A DNA stretch of 64,000 nt from IMG/VR virus record IMGVR_UViG_3300045950_000297, positions 2,334 through 66,333 of that record, one strand, 5' to 3'. Source of the stretch: a virus. The position numbers and the translations under genes are program-made. The notes under the pieces were generated by a model. It was given only the letters and a program-made list of their open reading frames with translations. It ran no database searches and was not told where the DNA came from. The number at the start of each line of letters is the position of its first letter. The first letter of the stretch is position 1. Below are positions 9,091 through 17,413 of this stretch, one piece after another.

Positions 9091-9119
9091 ATTGTACTTC
9101 TGTTGTTGTAGCGGGTCAA
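9091..9119 (-). promoter_or_regulatory. Sigma70-type promoter
   Basis: TTGACC-17-TACAAT. Confidence 0.7.
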
Positions 9120-9137
9120 GTCGAGCTGGTGTAAGCA

Positions 9138-9314
9138 CTACTGATTTTGGCGGGGTGTCATTTTTTGCTGGATGGTAATCTGTCTGTTCTCGACGAGAAC
9201 CGTGATCTTGTCGCCGGGTTTGAAGCCAGCCCTCTCCAGCCACTGGCCGGTTAGCCTGATATGCGGCTGGCGGGTGCCATTTGTTCGCTTCAGGTATACT
9301 GTAAGTGTGCGCAT
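9138..9314 (-). CDS. SymE/AbrB-fold small protein
   Basis: PHIRLTGQWLERAGFKPGDKITVLVE matches the SymE pattern. Confidence 0.75.
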   Translation of the reverse strand: MRTLTVYLKRTNGTRQPHIRLTGQWLERAGFKPGDKITVLVENRQITIQQKMTPRQNQ

Positions 9315-9490
9315 TCCTCTCTCTCCAGTACTGCCATTACTCCGTCTGGGCGCTGTACCATCTGGGCAAGGCCGGTTGGCGCCTTGCCCCACTCGTTCAG
9401 ATGTTTCCCGTCCAGATTCGTTGGGTTATGGCCGGAGTCGATGACCCTGCCGTCCCACACGATCTCTCCGACGATATAGTTGTATCTCAT
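9290..9490 (-). CDS. Hypothetical protein
   Basis: ATGA-coupled start MRYNYIV. Confidence 0.5.
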   Translation of the reverse strand: MRYNYIVGEIVWDGRVIDSGHNPTNLDGKHLNEWGKAPTGLAQMVQRPDGVMAVLEREECAHLQYT

Positions 9491-10125
9491 CGTCGGGTAG
9501 GCTTGGTGAGTGCCGACCGCGCCCTCGATGGTCGGCGGCGTAGGTTCTCGTTGTCTTGTGCGATGAGGGCACCGTCGGACTCGTTCCATTCCTCTGTCTC
9601 TTCATCTGGGCAGCCCCCCGCCTCTACGGATGGTTTGCCAAACTCTAGTGCGCGGAGTGCGGTCTTGAGTTGCTTGGTGCCCCCCGGTTCCTGGAGTAAC
9701 CAGGTATATACAGCCTGGACCAGTCCCGTGACCAGCTCTGTGCGAGCGTACTGGAACGCGCACTCACCTATGGTACGTAGGTGCATCAGGTCGGTGTACC
9801 CGCTATTGAGCGCGCGGTTGCGGACGTCCATTGCGCGCCTGATCGCCGCACACTCGATGCGGTTCCTGTATCGGGTCCGCACAACTCTCTGGGCCGTCGC
9901 CCATTCGGGCGAATGGTATCTCCAGGGGGCGATCTGTCGCCGGAGGCGGTACTGTGTTGAGACACTTGGAGTGCCGACTCTAGCGCCGGCTGTGAAGATA
10001 TCGCGATCGGCGACGTTGACGGTTCCGGCATGGAACACGTGCCATTTGCCATCGTAGACAAAGACTAATTCCCGACCGCAAGTCAGGCAGTTCATGAGCT
10101 TACTCCAGATTGTGGGCAGGGGCAC
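9487..10125 (-). CDS. Hypothetical protein (N-terminal CxxC)
   Basis: ORF on the operon strand; start uncertain. Confidence 0.55.
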   Translation of the reverse strand: MPLPTIWSKLMNCLTCGRELVFVYDGKWHVFHAGTVNVADRDIFTAGARVGTPSVSTQYRLRRQIAPWRYHSPEWATAQRVVRTRYRNRIECAAIRRAMDVRNRALNSGYTDLMHLRTIGECAFQYARTELVTGLVQAVYTWLLQEPGGTKQLKTALRALEFGKPSVEAGGCPDEETEEWNESDGALIAQDNENLRRRPSRARSALTKPTRR

Positions 10126-10177
10126 TGTCTGCTACGCCTTTGTTGGGTCCCACGCTCACCCACCTTTCGGACAGTGA

Positions 10178-10477
10178 TCATATCATCTGTACGACATAGG
10201 TGCGGACGTTGCCCGCGTACTCATGGACCTGTTCCAGTGATAACTCCATACCCTGTAGACTGATCGCCACAATGATATCGAGTGGGATGTTGAGTTCCAC
10301 TACAGTGATGCTGGCCGCCTCAGCGGCCAAGTGGTACGGTAGCGCTCCGATGACATGTTTGCCGCGCACATCGTCTGCCGTGGCTTGAGTTTTGACCTCA
10401 ATGTCGTCAGTGATGACATCTTGCTCACGGAGATACTCTACAAGCGCTTGATGGCGGGTGACGACAATTGTGCTCAT
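10178..10477 (-). CDS. Csx16 (VVA1548)-like protein, putative cOA ring nuclease
   Basis: VVTRH..LVEYL, VIGALPYHLAAE, G.ELS..Q motifs of the Csx16 family. Confidence 0.75.
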   Translation of the reverse strand: MSTIVVTRHQALVEYLREQDVITDDIEVKTQATADDVRGKHVIGALPYHLAAEAASITVVELNIPLDIIVAISLQGMELSLEQVHEYAGNVRTYVVQMI

Positions 10478-11487
10478 TTCGCTCCTCTCTGTAGGTAGAT
10501 GCTATCTGGTTTGGTGGGCATGGTAAGTCGCCACACCCGTCCTGTATCGGGTGGAACATCTGCGACTGGGCAGGCACGCAATCGTACTCCCAGTGCCTCG
10601 GACATCCCACGGATGCCATCTCCACCACGCCCAATGAAGTGTCCCATCATGTTCTGGGGCACCGGGATGTTCGGGTCCCCCTGGAAGGTGATGGAGAACT
10701 TCCCGCATCGAAAGAACGGTATCTCGCCGCGACGGGCCTGATGAATCTGGTCTATCACGGCATTGTACCACCTGCTATTCTCTCTCCAGCCATGGATGAT
10801 GTAGGAGAGGTTATGGAGTTCCAGCCCTATGATGACAAAGCGCTCGCCGTCCACATCGAAGGCAAACTGGGTATAGTTTGGTTCGTCCGGGTTAGCGCTC
10901 ACAACACCAAGGTAGGTGATGCCGACCTTTGAAGCCCTCTTAATGGCGTCTTCCACCAGCCGCTCGTATTGTTTCGCGAGTGTCTCAGCCAGTTCTCGTC
11001 GAGAACTCTCGCGTAGCTCTTCAATCTTGGCGTTCCATTCCGGGTTAGAGATGCTGAGGAGGCACCAGGAGGAATAGAACGCTCCCAGGATGACCCCATT
11101 GTAGTCCTCAACATCGAGGACGAGGTGCTGGTTCAAGAGGCGGATTGCCCTCTCGCACTCTGCTGGTGTAAGGAGATAGAACCCCCACTCTTCCTGGCGG
11201 GCGGCCGCCAGGACTTCTTCGGAGCAGTACTTAACGTCGCGAGCGGCGACATCATAGGTGGTCTCACCACCGAACGCATTCGGCAGCGGTTCGGGCAGTT
11301 CCTTGTAGGCCCGCAACCTCCGCTGCCCCATCATATTCTCACCGAACTCAACCGCGTCTGGCTTGCACCATGTCTTGAGCGAGTCGGTAAACGTCCGTAG
11401 GAACACAGACGCCATCTTCTCCTCGCTCTCCTGCTTCAGGGCGGCAGAGACTGCTGCCGCAATCTTGTCTTCCATCTTGTCCTCCAT
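10474..11487 (-). CDS. Protein with C-terminal KH domain
   Basis: MGHFIGRGGDGIRGMSEALG GxxG KH signature. Confidence 0.7.
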   Translation of the reverse strand: MEDKMEDKIAAAVSAALKQESEEKMASVFLRTFTDSLKTWCKPDAVEFGENMMGQRRLRAYKELPEPLPNAFGGETTYDVAARDVKYCSEEVLAAARQEEWGFYLLTPAECERAIRLLNQHLVLDVEDYNGVILGAFYSSWCLLSISNPEWNAKIEELRESSRRELAETLAKQYERLVEDAIKRASKVGITYLGVVSANPDEPNYTQFAFDVDGERFVIIGLELHNLSYIIHGWRENSRWYNAVIDQIHQARRGEIPFFRCGKFSITFQGDPNIPVPQNMMGHFIGRGGDGIRGMSEALGVRLRACPVADVPPDTGRVWRLTMPTKPDSIYLQRGAK

Positions 11488-11531
11488 TCTTATTGGCCGT
11501 CTACCACGTCATTGTGGCGATCGGTTGATAT

Positions 11532-12320
11532 CTACGGGTTTACGGCAACACGCTCTGGACTGATGCCAGCCCGGCGCAGTAACTCGACAGCACTCGCATC
11601 CACGCAAGCACCAGCAATAGCAATACCCTGCAGATTGGCACCAGCCAGTTTGGCACCTGTTAGATCTGCACTGCTCAGGTTTGCACCCTCCAGGTTAGCG
11701 CGGGTCAGGTTGGCACGTGTCAGATTGGCACAGCTGAGATTGACCGCACATAGGCACGCACCGGTTAGATCAGCATCCTGAAGGTCCGCATCTTCCAGGT
11801 TAGCACTATGCAGACTGGCATGTTGCAGATCGGCACTTTGTAGCCTGGCACCGGTCAGAGCAACCACCTCCAAGTCGGCCCCCGCTAACCTGGCGTTGCT
11901 TAGGTCGGCATAGGCCAGGTTTGCACGGTACAGCCTGCCTATCGTCAGGTCTGCATCCTGAAGGTCTGCAGCATAAAGGTTCGCGCTATGGAGGTTTATG
12001 CCCTGAAGGTTTGCGCCAATCATAGTAGCACACATCAGATTCGCACCCGCCAGATTGGCACTCTGAAAGTTGGTGCCCGACAGGTCAGCACCCGACAAGT
12101 TAGCATTCCTAAGGTCAAGCCCCTCCAAGTCGGCACCACTCAGATCAGCACCACTCATCGACCAGAGAGGAAGCAAATTACGCCCCCGATCAAGAAGCCA
12201 GTAGAGAGGGGACCGTAACAGCTTGAGCTGCTGGTCCCGTGACCACTCAAGCCTCGGGAGCTCTTGTAGGATGGTATCAATGTCCTCTATCTTCTGAAGC
12301 TGATCAATTGTGATCTTCAT
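11532..12320 (-). CDS. Pentapeptide repeat protein (paralog 1)
   Basis: Tandem A(D/N)Lxx repeats after a shared N-terminal domain. Confidence 0.92.
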   Translation of the reverse strand: MKITIDQLQKIEDIDTILQELPRLEWSRDQQLKLLRSPLYWLLDRGRNLLPLWSMSGADLSGADLEGLDLRNANLSGADLSGTNFQSANLAGANLMCATMIGANLQGINLHSANLYAADLQDADLTIGRLYRANLAYADLSNARLAGADLEVVALTGARLQSADLQHASLHSANLEDADLQDADLTGACLCAVNLSCANLTRANLTRANLEGANLSSADLTGAKLAGANLQGIAIAGACVDASAVELLRRAGISPERVAVNP

Positions 12321-12499
12321 GTTCTTCTCCTATAGTGTAGCACAGGTCGGATTTGACCAGATGTGCTCTATGTGGAACCATATTGTGCAGGTAGACCCGC
12401 AAATCTGACCTCCACGGAAGGAAAAGTGGGGACGGGGGTTAGCCCCTGCGTTCCGTGCGCGGGTGTGGGGATTTCTGTATGTTCTGAGGCGATTTTACA

Positions 12500-13144
12500 T
12501 CATCTTTCCTCATTGTTGAGATTAGTATTCGTCAGGTTGGCACCGGTGAGGTCTGCGGCGTGCAGGTCTGCATTGGTGAGGTTAGCGTTGGTGAGGTTAG
12601 CGCGGTATAGGCAGGCGCCGACCAGGTTGGCGTCTCTCAGGTCTGTGTTGGTGAGATTAGCGTTGCTGAGGTTAGCTTCGCTGAGGTTTGCGCCAATGAG
12701 GTTGGTGCCTTCCAGGGTTGAGGCGTGCAGGTTTGCCCAGTGCAGGCTTGCGTTCTCCAGGTTGGCGTTGGTGAGGTCTGCCCCTTCGAGGTCTGCGCCG
12801 GTGAGGTTGGCGCCTTTGAGGTCTGCACCGCTGAGGTTGGCGCCTTCCAGACCTGTGCCGATCAGGTCGGCGTCGGTTAGATTGGCGCCTCTGAGGTCGA
12901 CGCTGCCGAGTGTGGTACGGCGCAGGTCTGCGTTGGTCAGATCAGCGTGTGCCATGCTAAGACATGGGACGAGGCCGATGTCCCACGCCCACGATAGGTA
13001 CCTTCGCAGCGGGGACCTCAGAATCTCCATCTGGGTATCAACAGTCCACTCGCCCTCCCACCCTTCCGGGTAGAGGGCATTGAATGCCTCGATGCCGGAG
13101 GGGCATGCGCCTCGTGCGGTCAGGTCGTGGCGTGTGATCTTCAC
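12500..13144 (-). CDS. Pentapeptide repeat protein (paralog 2)
   Basis: A(D/N)Lxx repeats; N-terminus MKITRHDL..GAC..GIEAF. Confidence 0.92.
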   Translation of the reverse strand: MKITRHDLTARGACPSGIEAFNALYPEGWEGEWTVDTQMEILRSPLRRYLSWAWDIGLVPCLSMAHADLTNADLRRTTLGSVDLRGANLTDADLIGTGLEGANLSGADLKGANLTGADLEGADLTNANLENASLHWANLHASTLEGTNLIGANLSEANLSNANLTNTDLRDANLVGACLYRANLTNANLTNADLHAADLTGANLTNTNLNNEER

Positions 13145-13222
13145 TTTGTTCCGTTTCTCCCCTAAGGGGGGTATTGTAGATTGCCGTTTCGTGATCGTTT
13201 CTCGTTGGACGAGTCTGGTGGA

Positions 13223-13240
13223 GTTGCGGGTGTAAGCGCT
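13223..13240 (+). repeat. 18-bp intergenic direct repeat, copy 1 (GTTGCGGGTGTAAGCGCT)
   Basis: Identical to 57445-57462. Confidence 0.8.
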
Positions 13241-13288
13241 AAGAGACTCCCCCCCTGGGCAAAGGGGGGGGCGTCGTCACGCACACGC

Positions 13289-13408
13289 TCACGCTTTGAC
13301 GCAGAACGTATGCATGACGACGCCGTCGTGGCGCTCGACCCAGGAGTCGATGTCGAGGTCGATTCGGCGTCCGCAGCGGGGGCACACGTCCCACTGCTTG
13401 AGCGCCAC
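13289..13408 (-). CDS. 39-aa zinc-finger micro-protein
   Basis: MALKQWDVCPRCGRRID...VMHTFCVKA (CxxC...HxxC); GTG start uncertain. Confidence 0.5.
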   Translation of the reverse strand: MALKQWDVCPRCGRRIDLDIDSWVERHDGVVMHTFCVKA

Positions 13409-13427
13409 GATGCTGAAGTTTGGGAGG

Positions 13428-13835
13428 CTAGAACGGGAAAACTTCTTCTCCGTTCCCTGCCTCCCCGTTCCCTGCCCCGTTCCGTTCGCCCGGGCTGCCC
13501 AGGAACTTGATGGTCTCGACCGTCACCTCGAAAGATGCGCGGCTGTTGCCATCCTTGTCCGTCCAAACACGCGGACCTCCGGTCGCCTTGTCCGGCTGCA
13601 GACGGCCCTCGATGTAGACCTGGCGCCCCTTGGCGAGGTATTGGTTGATGACTTCTGCAAGTTTCCGCCAGGCTACGCAGCGGAACCAGACGGTCTCCTC
13701 GCCCTGGCTGCCGTCGTTGTTCGTCCACCTGCGGTTCGTGGCCACTGAGAAGTTCACGACGGCGTCACCTTGTGGTGTGTACTTCAACTCCGGGTCGTGC
13801 CCCAGATTGCCGATGATGGTCACCTTGTGGTACAT
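13428..13835 (-). CDS. ssb: Single-stranded DNA-binding protein
   Basis: IIGNLG.DPELKYT, NFSVATN, YLAKGRQVYIEGRL, acidic tail ending PF. Confidence 0.95.
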   Translation of the reverse strand: MYHKVTIIGNLGHDPELKYTPQGDAVVNFSVATNRRWTNNDGSQGEETVWFRCVAWRKLAEVINQYLAKGRQVYIEGRLQPDKATGGPRVWTDKDGNSRASFEVTVETIKFLGSPGERNGAGNGEAGNGEEVFPF

Positions 13836-13849
13836 GATGCGAGCTCCTT

Positions 13850-14359
13850 TTAGATAATGTGGGCGGTCGGCCTGAAGCCTGACGCCCGGAGTTCCTGCAT
13901 TGCCCGGCCCGCCTCACGGCGGTCCCGGACGGGCCGTTTGTGGACCGTCTCCCCGTCGGTCCACTGGATAATGATGGTGGGCGTGGCCGTCGTGACGGCC
14001 ACTTTCGTGGCGACGCCGGCCGCCTTTGCCCGGGCGACCAATTCCCGGGCCTTTGCCCACGTGGTGGGCCGGTCTGGGCCGATGGAGCGCTGGCCGGTGC
14101 TGGCCTCGCTCTGCCAATGAAGGACGACCCTCCCCCGGGAGAAGGGAAGGTCGCGCACGAGTGCTCGCACGGCTAACATGTGCTTGCACTCGTTCCCTGC
14201 CAGGTGGTCTTGGCAGGTGCAGGATGTTGGAGTCACCTGGTAGCGGGCCTGGCCGGTGCCCGCCACTACGTAGTGTGGGTTTTCCTCAGTTGGGTAACTG
14301 ACGACTTTGCCCGCCCGGACTACCTGGCGGGCGCGGTTGATGCGGGCCTGGTCAGTCAT
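13850..14359 (-). CDS. SWIM zinc-finger protein
   Basis: SCTCQDHLAGNECKHMLAV; start MTDQ coupled to upstream micro-ORF. Confidence 0.75.
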   Translation of the reverse strand: MTDQARINRARQVVRAGKVVSYPTEENPHYVVAGTGQARYQVTPTSCTCQDHLAGNECKHMLAVRALVRDLPFSRGRVVLHWQSEASTGQRSIGPDRPTTWAKARELVARAKAAGVATKVAVTTATPTIIIQWTDGETVHKRPVRDRREAGRAMQELRASGFRPTAHII

Positions 14360-14442
14360 CCCCGGTACCCACAGTTCGGGCACCGGGTGACCCACCCGAA
14401 GGTCTCGTGCCCGCAGAACGGGCACACCCTGAATAGAAACAT
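14356..14442 (-). CDS. 28-aa CPxCG zinc-ribbon micro-protein
   Basis: MFLFRVCPFCGHETFGWVTRCPNCGYRG; AGGAGAGG SD, ATGA overlap. Confidence 0.7.
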   Translation of the reverse strand: MFLFRVCPFCGHETFGWVTRCPNCGYRG

Positions 14443-14511
14443 CTTCCTCTCCTTGTTGGTGGGGCGAAGCGGGGGAGACCCTCTGCTCCGCCCCCGATTT
14501 GGGATTGAAGT

Positions 14512-15186
14512 CTACCTGACCAGCGATAAGTCCACGCCGGTCAGGTTGGCGCCCTCGAGGTTGGCATGGTCTATGTTAGCACCATCCAACCTTGCGCCCG
14601 CCAGGTCGGCGCCGGCCAGGTCGGCCCTACTCAGGTCCGCCCTGACCAGGGTGGCGCCGCGCAGGTTGGCCCCCTCCAGGTTGGCGTGCTCCATGCGGGA
14701 CTCCGCCAGGTTGGCCCGCCTGAGGTTAGCCTGCCTGAGGTTAGCGCCTCCCAGGATGACCCCGCGCAGGCTGGCGCCGGTCAGGTTTGTGCCCTCCAGG
14801 TTGGCCCACTGGAGGTTGGCCACCTCCAGGTGGGCGCCCTCCAGGTTGGCCCCCTTGAGGTCCGCGCTGGCCAGGCGTGCCCCGACCAGGCGTGCCCGCC
14901 TGAGGTTGGCACCCTGCAGGTGGGCGCCCGCCAGGTCGGCGCCGGCCAGGTCGGCATCGCTCAGATTGGCGCCGGTCAGCCCCGCCCTGGTCATCGACCA
15001 GAGCGGAATGAGACCGCGCCTCCATGCCCGCCCAAGCCACCTGCGGAGGGGCGTGCGTAGAAGTTCGAGCTGCTGCGCCCGGGTCCATTCGAGCACAGCA
15101 ACGCCACTTGGGAATGCCTCCAGGAAGACTTCTATGCCCTCCTGGCATGCTTCCATGGCCTCTAGGTCTGCAAGCGTTATTCTCAC
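14512..15186 (-). CDS. Pentapeptide repeat protein (paralog 3)
   Basis: A(D/N)Lxx repeats; AGGAG SD. Confidence 0.92.
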   Translation of the reverse strand: MRITLADLEAMEACQEGIEVFLEAFPSGVAVLEWTRAQQLELLRTPLRRWLGRAWRRGLIPLWSMTRAGLTGANLSDADLAGADLAGAHLQGANLRRARLVGARLASADLKGANLEGAHLEVANLQWANLEGTNLTGASLRGVILGGANLRQANLRRANLAESRMEHANLEGANLRGATLVRADLSRADLAGADLAGARLDGANIDHANLEGANLTGVDLSLVR

Positions 15187-15288
15187 TTGGGTTCTCCTGC
15201 GAGTTTAGGGGGCTTGCCCAAGCCCCACTCCATGGGTTAAAAAGGGGGGTGGGGCGGCCCCATGCTGTCGCACAGGGCCAGGCTACGC

Positions 15289-15591
15289 CTACCAGGACGC
15301 CACGTCCGCCTCCTCGGCGGCAGCGTCCGCGTCGGGGTCGTACTCCCGACGCACCGCCGCTGAAGCCGACACTCCACCCGCTGCCTGAATGGCGTCGGCG
15401 AGAGTGTCGGACTTCTGGCCGTATACCTCTGCTCGGTGCGCCGACTCTGCCGCACCAAGCGCCGAGTTCGCCTTAGCCCAGGCGCTGATATGCCCGGGCT
15501 TGGCAAAGTCACAACCGGGACACACAACAACAGTGCCCCAATTGCGAGATTCCTCACGCAGTTCGTGCCCGCAGCGGCACACCTTATCCAT
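15289..15591 (-). CDS. Zinc-ribbon protein
   Basis: MDKVCRCGH...CPGCDF; GGGAGGG SD. Confidence 0.65.
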   Translation of the reverse strand: MDKVCRCGHELREESRNWGTVVVCPGCDFAKPGHISAWAKANSALGAAESAHRAEVYGQKSDTLADAIQAAGGVSASAAVRREYDPDADAAAEEADVASW

Positions 15592-15843
15592 TTCGCCCTC
15601 CCAGCCGGCATTGTTGTGTGTGTGGGGACTAGGGCATTCACCCCACTGTGCGGCCAAGGTCCTCGCTGTGCGCGATGCCGCTTTGTCGTGGTTTACAGGC
15701 CACGCCCCGAATTGACGCCGCCCCCGCCTCACTGCGGCGTCGTGCGGGCTTGTGCTGGTGCGCACAGGCCCCGCTCCCTTTGAAACTGCCACTTCGACCG
15801 ATAGCACCGTCGTGGTATGTTCACTTCTTATGATACTCAAGAC

Positions 15844-16515
15844 CTACTTTAACCCCCTCACACAAGACAGGTCTCCAGGAATTGGAAGCATCTTCCTCGC
15901 CTTTGTTAGTCGAGCGAGGCGGGTTTGTCCCAATTGGCTACCTGACAGGTCGGCGCCTTCCAGGTCAGCGCCACTCAGGTTGGCATTGGTGAGATTGGCC
16001 CAGCTGAGGTTGGCGCCTCTGAGGTCTGCATCGATGAGATTAGCGTTGCTGAGGTCGGCACCGATGAGGTTGGTCCAACTGAGGTTGGCGTCTGTCAACC
16101 TGGCGTTGGTGAGGTTAGCCTCACTCAGGTTGGCGCGGGTGAGGTTGGCCCTCACCAACCTGGCGTTGGTGAGATTAGCACCACGTAGGTTGGCATTGGT
16201 GAAGTTGGTACCCACCAGGCGAGCGCCCCTCAGGTTGACGCCCTCCAGGTTAGCGCCAGCGAGGTTCGCTCCCTCCAGGTCGGCACCACTGAGGTCTGTT
16301 CTGCTCAGGTCCACCCTGGCCATGGACCAGAGTGGAATGAGACCGTTTGTCCACGCCCATCCTATCCACCGGCGGAGGGGTGTTTTGAGGATGTCGAGTT
16401 GCTGTGCCCTGGTCCACTCAAGCGCGGCAATCCCGTTTGGAAACTCGTCCAGGAAGTCGTCAATGCCTTCATGGCAGACGTCTAATTCTTTCAGGTCATC
16501 AATAGTTATTTTCAT
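15844..16515 (-). CDS. Pentapeptide repeat protein (paralog 4)
   Basis: Start MKITIDDL by homology to paralogs; A(D/N)Lxx repeats. Confidence 0.9.
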   Translation of the reverse strand: MKITIDDLKELDVCHEGIDDFLDEFPNGIAALEWTRAQQLDILKTPLRRWIGWAWTNGLIPLWSMARVDLSRTDLSGADLEGANLAGANLEGVNLRGARLVGTNFTNANLRGANLTNARLVRANLTRANLSEANLTNARLTDANLSWTNLIGADLSNANLIDADLRGANLSWANLTNANLSGADLEGADLSGSQLGQTRLARLTKARKMLPIPGDLSCVRGLK

Positions 16516-17230
16516 AGAATTGGTAAGGGTCTTCGATCCCCATGAAGGTGCTGAGTTTGCGGATGAGGTCATTGATGTCTGCTATTGGGAAGAGGCGCAC
16601 GTTGTTGATGAGTGGGCCGTTTTGGGTTGTGATATCGAAGCGTGGGATGGAGTCGGTGATGTTGTCATCCCAGTAGAACTTGACTCCGTTGTGTTCCATC
16701 CTTTGGCGGCGTTGTTTGTCTGTGTGGTTTCTGCGTGTTTCCAGGGGTGGGCGGTCGGGTATTGGGCCGCGGTAGGCGTGGATGCCGTGGATGGTGATAT
16801 CCTGTCCTTTGAGGATGACCAGGATGTCGATTTTGTCTTGCATGTCTACGTAGAGGTCATAGAGCACTATGGTGTTGCGTATTTGGCGTCGGTGTTCCAG
16901 GGCTTCTTTGAGGCAGCAGTACAGGTACAGTTCGGCGATGCCGATCTCCCAGAGGACTGATATGCGGAAGTCCATTTGGGGGGTTTTGTAGTGGGGGAGG
17001 AGGTGTTGTGTGTTGTATCCGGCCTCGATGTTTTCGCGGAAGACTCTGATGAGGTCTGTGTGGGTGGGCAGTGTGTATCTGGCCATGGCTTTGGTTGTGA
17101 CTGAGGCGAAGAGCATGCGCCAGGAGGGGAGGGGCAGTTGCCAGACTTCATCGGATGAGGTACCTGGGCGGTGGTAGGTGGGGAGGGCGGTGAGTTGTTT
17201 GAGGAACTTTTCGCGCAGCATGTCGATCAT
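16499..17230 (-). CDS. Hypothetical protein (possible PD-(D/E)XK-like fold)
   Basis: 243-aa ORF; weak DMQDKIDILV motif. Confidence 0.6.
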   Translation of the reverse strand: MIDMLREKFLKQLTALPTYHRPGTSSDEVWQLPLPSWRMLFASVTTKAMARYTLPTHTDLIRVFRENIEAGYNTQHLLPHYKTPQMDFRISVLWEIGIAELYLYCCLKEALEHRRQIRNTIVLYDLYVDMQDKIDILVILKGQDITIHGIHAYRGPIPDRPPLETRRNHTDKQRRQRMEHNGVKFYWDDNITDSIPRFDITTQNGPLINNVRLFPIADINDLIRKLSTFMGIEDPYQFYENNY

Positions 17231-17241
17231 CGGGTTTCGCC

Positions 17242-17270
17242 TTGACTATTTCGTGTGTAGGGTGTATTTT
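17242..17270 (+). promoter_or_regulatory. Sigma70-type promoter for small membrane ORF
   Basis: TTGACT-17-TATTTT, then AAGGAGG SD. Confidence 0.55.
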
Positions 17271-17293
17271 CTCTGCATTCAAGGAGGCGCATC

Positions 17294-17413
17294 ATGGACG
17301 ATGACAAGATTGTCAAGGGCAAGTTTGCTCGCCCCCTGGCTTTCGTGGCCATCATTATCTTTGGTCTCTACGTGATCGGGATGATCTATGTGCTAAGCCG
17401 CGCTCCTATTTGA
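17294..17413 (+). CDS. 39-aa single-TM membrane protein (moron-like)
   Basis: MDDDKIVKGKFARPLAFVAIIIFGLYVIGMIYVLSRAPI; perfect AAGGAGG SD; absent from ORF track. Confidence 0.7.
   Translation: MDDDKIVKGKFARPLAFVAIIIFGLYVIGMIYVLSRAPI

Noticed and set aside
11532-16515. Pentapeptide paralogs as DGR template/variable repeats
   Set aside because: No reverse transcriptase in the window; differences between paralogs are not adenine-specific
11512-16960. Long plus-strand ORFs rich in RLA/RSA (12363-13073, 14180-15208, 15752-16960)
   Set aside because: Antisense shadows of the pentapeptide-repeat genes
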